Shown here one piece after another: positions 52,067 to 64,000 of a DNA stretch of 64,000 bases (position 1 is the stretch's first letter; each line of letters begins with the position of its first letter). The notes below the pieces were generated by a model. It had not been told where the DNA came from. It saw only the letters and a list, made by a program, of their open reading frames with translations, and made no database searches. The position numbers and the translations under genes are program-made. The DNA is from Octopus bimaculoides (taxonomy: Eukaryota): positions 54,008,393 to 54,072,392 of the forward strand of contig NC_068985.1 of NCBI RefSeq assembly GCF_001194135.2, in the 5' to 3' direction.

Positions 52067-53087
52067 ATTGACCATCACATTGCTTCACAATGCACCATCT
52101 AATGTATTACAATATAATACAATGTGCCATCTAATGTATTACAATATATACATAAACCCACCCACACACACACTATTGCATTCATTTGTTTTAATAGCCA
52201 ATTTTTCATGCTAACATGGGTGAGATGAATACATATTATTAAGGCATTGCATTACAACTGGATGCCCATCCTGTTGCTAACCTTTACTTGTTCTGCAAGT
52301 AAGGGATTTTCCAATCCACTTATCTTTGAAAGTGCAGAGCTGCTGGATGATTAGTCGACAAGGAAATGTCAACAAACAACACTGTTTCTATCTTAGCATA
52401 TTTTTCATGCAACGTGCAGAATGTAAACACTTACATGATTACAGACAGACACACACACGCACATATGATTATATGAAATCAAAAGCATGAGGTTGAGGCA
52501 GCTGTTTTTGCATGTCGTTCTTAAAGGTTTTTAAATGAAAGAACATAAGGATGAGCATTTTCTTCAAACTTTCATTNNNNNNNNNNNNNNNNNNNNNNNN
52601 NNNNNNNNNNNNNNNNNNNNNNNNNNNNNNNNNNNNNNNNNNNNNNNNNNNNNNNNNNNNNNNNNNNNNNNNNNNNNNNNNNNNNNNNNNNNNNNNNNNN
52701 NNNNNNNNNNNNNNNNNNNNNNNNNNNNNNNNNNNNNNNNNNNNNNNNNNNNNNNNNNNNNNNNNNNNNNNNNNNNNNNNNNNNNNNNNNNNNNNNNNNN
52801 NNNNNNNNNNNNNNNNNNNNNNNNNNNNNNNNNNNNNNNNNNNNNNNNNNNNNNNNNNNNNNNNNNNNNNNNNNNNNNNNNNNNNNNNNNNNNNNNNNNN
52901 NNNNNNNNNNNNNNNNNNNNNNNNNNNNNNNNNNNNNNNNNNNNNNNNNNNNNNNNNNNNNNNNNNNNNNNNNNNNNNNNNNNNNNNNNNNNNNNNNNNN
53001 NNNNNNNNNNNNNNNNNNNNNNNNNNNNNNNNNNNNNNNNNNNNNNNNNNNNNNNNNNNNNNNNNNNNNNNNNNNNNNNNNNNNNNN

Positions 53088-53118
<31 letters not shown>

Positions 53119-53699
53119 CAGTATGCAAACACACTCACATACACATTCTTTTATTCTTTTGTTTCAGTCATTTGACTGCGGCCATGCTGGAGCACCGCCT
53201 TTAGTCGAACAAATTGACCCCAAAACTTATTCTTTGTAAGCCTAGTACTTATTTTATTGGTCTCTTATGCTGAACCACTAAGTTATGGGGATATAAACAC
53301 ACTAGCGTCAAGCAATGGTGGGGGACAAACAGAGACACACACAAATATACATATGATGAGCTTCTTCCAGTTTCCATCCACCAAATCCACTCACAAGGCT
53401 TTGGTCAGCCTGAAGCTATAGAAGACACTTGCACAAGGTGCCACACAGTGGGACTGAACCCGGAACCATGTTGTTGGGAAGCAAGCTTCTTACCACATGA
53501 CCATGCCTGCACCTATATATATATATACATGCACACGTGTGTGTGTAAACATATACACATGAATATATATGCATGTATACACACACACAAACACACTTTC
53601 CATTCCTCTCAGACAGAGAACCCAAAAGCTAACCCTTTTACTCCTCAAACTCTTCAGCCTCTCCTTCTCTACAGGGATCTATCTTAATTTTTGAAAACA

Positions 53700-54420
53700 C
53701 ACTAATGTGTTCGATTTCCAAGAAAAACAATTTTCCTGATGTTCCCAACTATTGCCCTATTATTGTCACTTCTAATATCTCTAAGGTAACGATGGCAGCT
53801 ATTAACAACACCTTGAATTTCTCATTCTCCCTCCTTGATGACTTTCAATATGGTTTCTGTAAGGCAAAATCTATGATGATCCACTCTCCTCTGTCACTCA
53901 TCAGCTGGCTTTTGTCCCAGAGGAATTTGGTAAAAACAATGTCATTGCCATCAACATCAGTATACATTTTGTCCTTATTTGGCATGTGAATCACTTTGTG
54001 AAATTTCCTGACTATGGGCTCCATTCATCTCTTGAATGCCCTATTACCATATGTGTGTCAATAAAGTCTTCACCTATGAACTCCAGTGTGCTCTACTCTT
54101 CTTTTTATACATCAATGACTGACTTACTGCCACATCCAGCAACAATGCCCATTTCTACACAGATGACATTAACATTCACTCTTCACTAATGTTCCTCAAC
54201 TATACATTATTCACTCTCAAACTAGGCACTACATGCCAAACCCATACTAATTCATGGGCAGGGATCAGAAAAGCATCCTCCAGAAGAGATATACAAATAC
54301 TGCCTCATTCAGCAACAAGAAAATATAAACACTACTTATATCAAGAAAACACCATTGCACTAAACTCCCTATAAATCATGAGCAAGCAATCAATGAGAAA
54401 CTTCATCCCAACAGCCCATC
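53700..54420 (+). mobile_element. Highly degenerate CR1/Jockey-group LINE RT fragment
   Basis: PNYCPIIVTSNISKV..LLDDFQYGFCKAKS..VIAINIS..WH..VKFPDYG and HFYTDD (YADD-like). Frameshifted. Confidence 0.7.
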
Positions 54421-55172
54421 TTTCCCTTTAAGGTCAGAAGATACCTCAGTCACTGACAATTAGTAACCCTCTGTAGAACTCAGATGAGGTCTGCAATACA
54501 GTATTGTTCTCACATATTGGATGGTACAACTGTTACATACACACACAGCCATCCTAAGCTACATGTTGGAAAAGACCACATGACAGATATTCTAATGGTC
54601 ACTACTCCAACAGAAATTTCTGTTGCATATATCTCATACAAAGGCACATTTATTTGATGAAAGTCACTCAGTTAAGTATGGTGTAGGTCACAGTCAACAT
54701 TAACTTTACAATATATACATACACACACACACAAACATATATATATGCATACACAAATACATTCATACATATATACAAATACACATATATATGCATATAT
54801 ATATGCCTAACTATATATAATACACACATGTATATACATACATTATACACACACACATATCTAGGTATATGAATATGACACAAGATGCTATAATTTTTGG
54901 ACTGACAGATCAGCGCAACATACTTCTACAGAGAAGTGTCTGCATGAACTAATTCAGCCTCCAATTAATATCATCATAAAGAAAATATCATTCCTACATA
55001 ATTACCAGATGCTAATACAGATTTAATAATTCCCAGTATTGGGTTCTTGTTGGTGTTATATTTGAATGTAAGGTCATGACTGTTGTACTGGAACAAGTGA
55101 CGGATATCAGATAGGGATTGGGGAAATATGAAAAATGATAAAAATGATTAGGTATGTTGAAAGACAATTTAC

Positions 55173-55282
55173 CTCAACAATATGATCATAATCATCGAAG
55201 GGAATGTTGAGTAATTCAGCAATTATTTTTTCTCGGTCCTTCTGCATTTTTCGGACAAGTTCCTCATTCTGGCGCAGCTTCT
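55173..55282 (-). CDS. ARHGEF11/12 (RhoGEF2-like) exon following the DH-PH region; upstream exons are not identified in the window
   Basis: Acceptor tcttgtcttgccccctcag|AG (phase 1), donor GAG|gtaaat (phase 0). Encodes KLRQNEELVRKMQKDREKIIAELLNIPFDDYDHIVE, which resembles the post-PH helical segment of invertebrate RhoGEF2 proteins (from recall). All five exons join in consistent phase. Confidence 0.8.
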
Positions 55283-55759
55283 CTGAGGGGGCAAGACAAG
55301 ATCAATTTGCTCAAAAGAGGCCAAGGTTGAAATAGTAATAGAATTATATGAAAGAGTAACCATTGCAAGTGACAGTGCTGTCCTCCTGTTGGTAAATGTG
55401 TGTCATATGCTGCTGATGAACAACAGCTTGCTATTTCTTACCCTTATACTAAACCCCTAGTATTAACAACACCTAAAGGTCCCAATATTTAATATAATAA
55501 TACTGGCCATTATGCTAAATGAAATAACAATAATTAACCAAGTATTATACCGCCTGACTTAGTTTTCTTTAAGTCTACAAGATTGTGTTAGTAAGAACGT
55601 TGGTTAAGTTAGAATGGTTGGCTCCTCAAGATGAAAACAGAATTAATTGCTAAAATGATAAAAGATAATTTAACAAAATTACTAACTGATGAACAACAAC
55701 AACAACAAAATTGAATATACCAAAAGTAAAAAAATTGTTGTTGAGGATAATTGAGGATA

Positions 55760-55970
55760 ATATCAGAAGTATATATCTGCATTTAAGGAAAAGTTTAATA
55801 TATTGGAAGTATATCATTGCATTTATTTGAGAGTCTAATATATCAGGGAGTACATATTAGCTATTTTGAGACAATTTTAATATATCAAGGATATATAATG
55901 GCAATTAGAGAACAGTTTAATATAACAATAGTATATATTTGCATTTAAGAGATAGTTTAATATATCAGGA

Positions 55971-56002
<32 letters not shown>

Positions 56003-56130
56003 GTTTAAGGGATGGTTTACTATATCAGGAGTATAGGCTATTACTGGACAACTGTATTTATTTGCTGTTTGGGGGCCTCTAAATATATCCAGAATACATA
56101 TTCACCATTGAGAAACAGTTAACTAAGAAC
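55760..56130. repeat. Degenerate tandem repeat, ~40-45-bp unit
   Basis: Recurring gtttaatatatcaggagtatatat..gcatttaagaga-like unit, about 8 copies. Confidence 0.65.
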
Positions 56131-57829
56131 TCTTCATATGCTTTCTATTAATTTTTTAATTAAGCCACAACAAAGGAAGTTAATTTTGTTTGCATTAAGC
56201 AAAAATAACTAAAGTAGTTTGATAAGGGAATAGCTACTAAGCAAGGCTAAAATATGGTTTGATAAGGGAATAGCTATTAAGCAGATATCAATTATCAATT
56301 AGCATAAAGGAAATTGAAAAGGATGATATGAAAAGCAATGAGGATTTAGATTTGGGACAACATATACTAGAGTGGGAGAGATGTGGCAGATAAGTTTTAT
56401 AAGAGAAATAATGAGAAACTATTTAAAGAGAAGATATTAACTAATTGGTCATGTACTGATAACTAAACACTTAATATCTCAATAAATGATTACATAAGTG
56501 AATTTAAATTTGATGGCTAAATTTCAATTTAAGAACTAAGCTGCTGAATAGCATAGTCTCAAGTGGAGGTAAGAAAGTCAACAGATGTCTTTTGAGATAT
56601 TCTACCAATGAATTTAAACTTCAGCTGGGAATCTCAAAATCTGACATGTTTGCATATTAACAATAAAATACTCTTCATTTTATGTCAGATCTATCAAGTT
56701 TGAAATATTCTTTCGATACAAGAGTTCTTCAGTAAATTAACTAGATAGTCACAACAAATGAAAATCCAGTTGGTAACTGTACCTGCTCACCACTGCTCCA
56801 CGGACTACCAATGATAACTGTCTATAATGTAATGCATGTCTAAATAGTATTAATTAAATAGTGTATAGTAATGCCATTCTCAGTTTAAGTCTTGCTGAGG
56901 ATGACTTTGCTCTCCATCCTTCTGGGGTTGATAAAGAAAGTACCAATCAAGTACTGTGTAAAAACCTCCTCTCAGCTATACAACACTGTGTGAGGGTTGT
57001 TAGGGAGTGCAAACAGAGTCCCTTGTCTCCAAAAAAAGGATGATGGTTGAACGAAGGAAGGTTAATGATCTCCTCTAACAACCATCCACGAAAACCAAAA
57101 ATAGCAGGCAGGGATAGATCAACATGTACTATACTACAACTTACTCTGTACCAGTGTCATGCTGGAATTGTATCTATCTGCTGTGTCACCTTTAAAGAGA
57201 TTGGTGAGTGACAGACTGTTTCTAGTACTGGTGCCATAAAGAATTACTCCAAGTACACACTGTAAGGTCATTGGTAAATGTGCAAAGAAAGTATTGAGTT
57301 GTTAGTTTAGGTCCTTTCAGTCCTGTCTTGATCAGGACTATACAACCTGTTTTATGTCAATGCCATGAGAGAATGCACCCAGCCCCCACCCAGGTTGTGT
57401 GTTGTGTTCTTGAGTAAGACAATTTATTTCATGTTGCTCCAGTTCACTAAGTTATAAAAATGAGTTGCAACATCACTGGTTCCAAGCTGTAATGTCCTTT
57501 GCCTTTTCCTTGGATAACATCAGTGACATAGAGAGGGGAGACTGGTATGCATGGGCAACTGCTGGTCTTCCATAAAACAACCTTGCCTGGACTTGTGCCT
57601 CGGAGGGTAACCGTCTAGGTACAATCCCATGGTCATTCATGACCGAAGAGGGTCTTTCCTTTACTTACCTGCAGCACATTTGACAATGTGAAAGGCCATC
57701 TAGTTATAGAAACTAAGCCAAATGACACATACAAGCATGATCCCAATAAGATATTACTTGGATGGTGATGACCTGTGACATGTCCAAACCATGCCAGCAA
57801 GAACAGTGGTAGTAAAATGATGGAAGAAC

Positions 57830-58070
57830 AAATATGCTGTGGGTGTATTCATCAACTTCAAGTCTGCCTTCAACTGTGTCAACTGGACAACCCTATGGAG
57901 ATTGTTGGAAACCGAGCAAGTGTCTCAAAAGATCATTGTGCTCCTATGTTTGGCCTATGCTGGTTCAACTAGCTTGGTCCAGATCAGAAACAACCTCTTT
58001 GAGGAGTTCACGATCAGGACAGGTGTTCAACAAAGAGGTGTGGTCTTCCCTCACCTGTTCAATGTTAACA
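57830..58070 (+). mobile_element. RTE-like LINE RT fragment
   Basis: VFINFKSAFNCVNWTTLWRLL..KIIVLL..AY..FEEFTIRTGVQQRGVVFPHLFN (degenerate FIDFxxAFD and GVxQG..SPxLFN motifs). Confidence 0.75.
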
Positions 58071-60596
58071 GAAAATATACAGAGAGAGAGGGGGATGGAG
58101 AGAGAGAGAGTGAGGGGAAGGATGGAGAGAGCTACTTCAATAATAAATGAATTTTTACATTAAGATCCACAAAGTTATAGGGGATGTGTCTCATTCATCA
58201 ATATCTACTTAAGTCCAGTATATAGCTGGTACTTGGTTTTTCAACACAAGACCATGAAAGACAAAAATCAAGTCCAATAATTTCAAGAAATTAGATTGAT
58301 GGTTGGTTTAACTGCTTCGTTAACCTAATAGCTAGCTTTTAAAATTATCTTGTATTTTTTTCTTTTAATTATTTTAAAATGAAGTTTCTACACTAGAAAG
58401 AGAAAATCATTTTGGTATTGAATATGTTGAAACTTGGTAGGTTGGAGATATCAAATAAAAGGGGAGTGGGGAAGAAAAAAAAAAGAAAATGTAAAAACAA
58501 GGTAAAAAATAAAATAAACCAAAAATAAAGTCAAACTAAAATGAAAATAAAAATGAAATAAAATTAAAATAAAGAAAATAAAAACCAACAACCAAAAGGT
58601 GCTGATAAACAAAAATAAGACGAAATAAAAAAATAAAAATAAGGAAAAAAATGTTCATGTTAGAAAGGAAAAAAAAATGAACAAATTCAATTGGGATGAT
58701 TCTGAAAAGTGAAAAATGAGGCTAAAAAAAGAGAAGGTAAAAAATATAAAAGGTTTGAAATAAGAGGTCAAAGGTTCTTATTAAGGTTGTTGTTGTATGT
58801 AAAAAATGGAGATAAGAAAACAACTTGATGAATAATGTCTTTTTTTAATGTTAAAAAAGGTACGTATTTAAAAAAAAAAAAGCAACAACAACAACAACAA
58901 AAATAACACCAACAGACAACTCTCCATTAATTTCTCAGAGTTGATAACTTCTCTGGAACATATTGGGAGAGATGGAAGGACAAATATAAAGAACTGAAAG
59001 TGGATTGAAAGACAGCAGAATGAGGGTGACAAATGGAAAACAAAAATGGGGGAAATGAAGGAGTATAAATTCTTGTTATATAATATTTGAAATAATCTAT
59101 TCTCAAGCAATTCATTATCATAAGTATCCTTATCGTTATTATTATTATTATTATTATTATCACTGCGACAACTATTACATAGTTAATTTATATTATAAGA
59201 AGCATAAATAAGGTAACATTTAGTAGTTGCTCAGCTGTTTAATTTAGCAATTAATTATTGAGCTATTTAACTCTTTGAAGAGGAATTCAGCTGTTTTCCA
59301 GATCTAGTTTCATTAATTAACTTAAAACAAGATAGACACTGTTTGTTCCACTACCTCCTGTTTGTTTCAGTGAATTACTAAGTCACAGTTAAAAAAAAAA
59401 TATGAGTTATTTTATTTTGGTTTCAGTTCCATTTGTTGTTTGTTGTTAAATTTATGTTTATGTGGCTGCAACTATAGTACATTGTAGTTGGTTGTTATGC
59501 ATTAATGAAAACAAACTTAAGAGAGAAGAAAAAAATAATAAAACAGTTAAAAAAAAAACAATGTAAACAAATTGTGTTATATATGAAACAATGCTAGAAC
59601 TGAGTGCACATAAACACAGTGATTGGTGCAGTTTGATAAAGAAAATAAAGGGGGTGGTGTAGATATAGATATACATGTATACAGAGAAAGAAAGAGAGAT
59701 TAATTAAACTAGTTAAGACCCTAAGCAGCAGTTTCAACTAGCTAAACAGCAAAGTGACCGTATACATCAAGTGCAGAAAGACTACGAATCTATAGGTTGA
59801 GAAAGACTAACAATAGAAGCAGACACAATAGTTAGTGTTACTGCTACCAACTAAACTAATCTCCAGCAACATGTGTGTCCGTGCAGAATAGAAAGTTGCC
59901 TCTTGTTTATAAAATATATATTTTTTTTAAATCTACACTAAATTTTGCAGTTTTGTAACCTAAAGAATTTAATGCTGAAATATTCTCTAAAATTTAATAC
60001 ATGCAGCCTATTACATTTTAAGCAAGCACCCAATTACATTTTCATCAACTACTACTATTTTTTTCTCTATGGTTCTTTACAAGCACTAACAGGACAGTTC
60101 CAACTATAAATTTTACTCTATTACAATTATGACTGATATTATAAAAGAAATCATTTCCATTTTAGAATAGATAAAAACCATAAATAGAAAGGAGAGAGCC
60201 AAGTTACACATATAAATTATATAAATTGTTTTTTTTAAATGTCTATAATGGCAATCCTTGAATGGGGTGATGTAAATATGCCTTTATTTAAACAACTGTA
60301 CAAAATTGCATTAAAAAAAGTTCATAAAGTTTAACAAATTTAATTTGGCTAATTTATTTTTACTGCAGACATAGAAAATTGGAGCTGTATTCTCAACTTT
60401 TCTTTGACATATATTAGCATAAAAATATTACTATTTTACTAATTATCTTTTTAACACTTCAATTAACAAAATATTTACTATATATANNNNNNNNNNNNNN
60501 NNNNNNNNNNNNNNNNNNNNNNNNNNNNNNNNNNNNNNNNNNNNNNNNNNNNNNNNAGAGAGAGAGAGAGAGAGAAAATATATATATATATAATAT

Positions 60597-60820
60597 ATAT
60601 CACATACATATAAGAGGGATGACCACAAAGTGGACATCCATTTTGCTAGAAGACCACCTATGGCCTAACCACTAAGAAAAGTTTGTTCTCAAGAAAATTT
60701 AGCAAACGCCAGAACGTTTTCTTCAGAACAATCTTTTCTTAGTGGTCAGACCACAGGTGGTCTTCTTCTAGCATAATGGATGCCCACTTAGTGGTCATCC
60801 CTCTTATATGTATGTAATAT
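60597..60820. repeat. Foldback/MITE-like element, ~100-bp arms
   Basis: acatacatataagagggatgaccac...accactaagaaaag (60597-60700) pairs with cttttcttagtggt...gtggtcatccctcttatatgtatgt (60717-60820). Confidence 0.85.
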
Positions 60821-60925
60821 AATTTTTCTGAATCTTCAGATTTCTCAATATGCTAGGCCACTGTTTTTAAATTGATATGAATCAAATTAATATTCAATTT
60901 TTCACCCTTACTATTTAAATATAGA

Positions 60926-60956
<31 letters not shown>

Positions 60957-61018
60957 ATATTATTAATAGTGATAGTATGATAACAAAAGAATGAATGAGA
61001 CCTCGATATTATGTAAAT

Positions 61019-61512
61019 AGAGGAATTTATCTGTAATATAATATGTGACAATTATTCGGTTGCCATAATAAAACTGAGTTTCGGATGTCAGGGCGGAAAT
61101 CTACTCCGGCATCTCATCGGTTACTAAGACTAACAAAAATGCTATGAAAATGACTGTTAAACAAAGGGAAATTACTATGTAGATGACTGTTATTAAGATA
61201 AACAAAAGAGCCATTAGAATGACCGTTAAATAAAGGGAAAAAACCCAAAGGGGAGAAAGTAAAACACGCTCATAGAATTTGCGTATGTGCGCACACCCAC
61301 ATACATATGCATATGCTCACACTCGCGTGAAACACACACATGCACACCTATATGTATGCATATATATGCAACCATACACATGTACACATATACATATCCG
61401 CACACACACACACACACACAAATATGTTCATATACACGTCTATATACGCACATGCACACGAAAATGCAGGGTGAAAGGTAATATACAGAAAAAAATATAT
61501 AAAGCAATAAAA
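61019..61512 (-). repeat. PLE 3' pseudo-LTR (left arm of a long inverted repeat)
   Basis: Reverse complement of 62511-63242. The ribozyme-bearing part also matches 11830-12030. Confidence 0.85.
61066..61126 (-). ncRNA. Minimal type I hammerhead motif with U4->C core change
   Basis: TAGTAA-CCGATGA-[GATG..CATC C]-GAAA-C TCA G-T-T/TTATTA (stem I includes one G-U wobble). Confidence 0.6.
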
Positions 61513-61559
61513 AATGTATAGAGATAAAATGCTTCTACGTGAACACAATATGAAAAGTA

Positions 61560-62510
61560 GGTTCTATCTGTGATTAGGGGGACCAAAAACATAACAAATA
61601 TTTAGCCATATGTGGACATGATTCAAAATTTCACTTCTTGAATTGAGACATGTAGCGGGGTCTAAGCTGCTTTTCGAGATGAGCCGTCTTTCCATATCAC
61701 AAAGACCGCACTTTCCACTGCCATTGGTGTAAGGCTGACACTTAGCTAAGATCTTCCAATGGATGTTGTAATTGACACCTTTTTCTTTTAAGGACCATAT
61801 ATAACTGGATAATCTGGTTGTTTTCTTTTTTCCCAGTGTCTGAAGCTCAAGGTGTGATTGTTGAACCTGGCCTTAAAATCCCCTCTGTGAGACCCACATA
61901 TTTCTTTGACGAAACTATGTCCTTAGTGGTTGTAGAGTCTACAGTGGCTTCATAAATGATGGTCTCGGACATGCAAGCTCCATTTGGCAGGCACAAATTT
62001 TTATCCCTGCATGAACAGTTGGTTTCATTTTGTTGTTTTTTTGTGTGATTATATTTTTAAAATTAGTAGTTGAGCTAAAACTGATTTTTAAGTTATATCT
62101 AATGAAGAGCTTTCTGCAATTATGATTGATTGGAAAATGTCTATCTATAAGTGATAAAAACTATTTAACTACATTAAAGGTCGCTTCGGAGGAGTAAGGG
62201 GTTGTGAACCAGATAGTTTTCCTATTCCTATGTTTCCTTTTCATTATTATTGGACTGGAAACAGGTGTACAGGTTATTTCCTCACTAAATCAACTATCTT
62301 TTAGAGCATTATTATATACTGGGGCAACACTATTAAGAATGTCCCTATCGGAGGAGAGGCTAGAAATTCTTTTGCTAATGTTTTTAACTAAATTCTTAAA
62401 CACTATGGGGGGATGGCAGGAACCCACATTAATGTAACTAAATCTATCGTTGGGCTTCCTATAAGGTTTGTAAATATTCTTATTTAGATCTAAGGTACAT
62501 CTAGGAAATT
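61560..62510 (-). mobile_element. 5'-truncated Penelope-like element: RT thumb plus GIY-YIG endonuclease, with a few stops and frameshifts
   Basis: NFLDV.LDL..YKPYRKPND..YINVGSCHPP..KRISSLSS; RKTIWFTTPYS; FLSLIDRHFP; CSCRDK..IIYEATV..KYVGLTEG.FKARFNNHTLSF; LSSYIWSLK..HWKIL..YTNGSGKCGLC..LNSRSE. Confidence 0.9.
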
Positions 62511-63242
62511 TTATTGCTTTATATATTTTTTCTGTATATTACCTTTCACCCTGCATTTTCTTGTGCATGTGCATATATAGACATGTATATGAACATATTT
62601 GTGCGCGTATGGGTATACGTGTGTGTGTGTGTGTGGGGGTATGTATGTGTACATGTGTATTGTTGCATATATATGTATACATATAGGTGTGTTTGTAGGT
62701 GTGCAGGTATGTGTTTCATGCAAGTGTGAGTGAGCATATGCATATACAGCATATGTGATTTTAGACATGCATATGAATATAATTGTGCATGTATGGGTAT
62801 GTGTATGTGCGTGTGCATGTGTACGGATATGTAGGTGTACATGTGTATGGTTGCATATATATGTGCACATATAGATGTGTGAGTATGCATGTATGTTTCA
62901 TGCGAGTGTGAGTGAGCATATTTGCACATGTACATGGGTGTGCGCACATGTGTATGTATGTACATGTGTGCATATGCAAATTCTATGAGCATTTTTTTAC
63001 TTTCTCCCCTTTGGGTTTTTTTCCCTTTATTTAACGGTCATTCTAATGGCCCTTTTGCTTATCTTAATAACAGTCATCTACATAATAATTTCTCTTTGTT
63101 TAACAGTCATTTTCATAGCATTTTTGTTTTTCTTAATAACTGACGAGATGCTGGCACAGATTTCCGCCCTGACATCCGAAACTCAGAGTTTTATTATGGC
63201 AACCGAATAATTGTCACATATTATATTACAGATAAATTCCTA
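62511..63242 (+). repeat. Inverted copy of the PLE pseudo-LTR at the element's 5' junction, with internal expansion of a TG/CA-rich subrepeat
   Basis: ttttattgctttatatattttttctgtatattacctttcaccctgc... through ...gtcacatattatattacagataaattcct matches the reverse complement of 61019-61512. Confidence 0.85.
63134..63196 (+). ncRNA. Minimal type I hammerhead ribozyme motif, intact core
   Basis: TAATAA-CTGACGA-[GATG..CATC C]-GAAA-CTC A GAG-T-T/TTATTA. Confidence 0.72.
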
Positions 63243-64000
63243 TATACTGGTCATTCAAATTCCAACACAGTCGAGTTTTCATGTTTTATCTTTATAATTT
63301 TATGATATTACATGTAACAATATTACAAGTACTTTCATGTTTAATTACAATCTTGAGGTAGTATAGATATTTATATTTATAAAAATAGCTTGTCTGCTGG
63401 ATTGTAAGTCTTTGACAACCCTGCCTAAGTCTTAAGGTGTTTAAGATGAAATAAAAAATTGATTTGTTTGTGTGTGTGGGGGGGGGCGGATTTTGTTAAC
63501 ATCCACTAACTAAAGGAGAGTGTTGACATTCTAAATAAACAAACTAATAAAGAAAAGACAAAACAGATTTGTAAGATATACAGAAAAGAAACAGAGTGAA
63601 GGAAAATACTGCATGAAATAACATGTGGGACTGCTACTGGATTACATTCACAGGAAATGGTGACCAAAATAAAAACAACAACAACAAGAAAGAAAACAAA
63701 GAGAGGAGAGAAGTAAACAAATAATAACAATAAGGAAAAAAAATAAAAAACAACAAACTAACTACTGTTGTTAATAGTAAGACAATAGTGAATAAAGTAA
63801 GACAATATATAGAATACAAGAACATATTGAATAGATGAAGTGAAAACAATATGAGAAAACAATGAACAGTGCTGAAACAAAAGACATTTTAATATAAAAC
63901 ATCATATAGACAAAACACAATGGAATAGATCAACTATTGATTACTTTGATGAAAGTACAGTCAACAACAACACTGTTAATCTAGAATTAGAAAAGTAGAA

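Noticed and set aside
56770-56830. Possible RhoGEF micro-exon (..acag|TTATCATTGG..GAGCAG|gtacag)
   Set aside because: The acceptor is weak, and its open frames do not end in the phase 1 needed to join the 55282 exon.

Overview
Eukaryotic, repeat- and microsatellite-rich DNA with several N gaps. The SINE families, mollusc-type 5S sequence and (TA)/(CA) density point to a coleoid cephalopod, probably Octopus (inference). Two host genes lie on the minus strand. The first is a complete three-exon mitochondrial seryl-tRNA synthetase (SARS2-like, 464 aa; 14792-14496, 12940-12568, 4923-4199). The second is the last five exons of an ARHGEF11/12 (RhoGEF2-like) gene (55282 down to 37546). The rest is mostly decayed transposons: RTE, R4/Dong and CR1-like LINEs, Penelope-like elements (PLEs), Tc1, mariner, tRNA-derived SINEs, foldbacks and a retroposed 5S rRNA. 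The best leads are: (1) five minimal type I hammerhead ribozyme motifs from two PLE pseudo-LTR families, three of them showing stem I covariation, including one PLE flanked by inverted pseudo-LTRs; (2) a SerRS2 with a very short tRNA-binding arm, whose intron 1 appears to hold a decayed SerRS paralog relic; (3) a candidate alternative terminal exon of the RhoGEF; (4) a twin-priming-type inverted RTE insertion. Repeat boundaries are approximate. Family assignments come from motif recall, not database searches.
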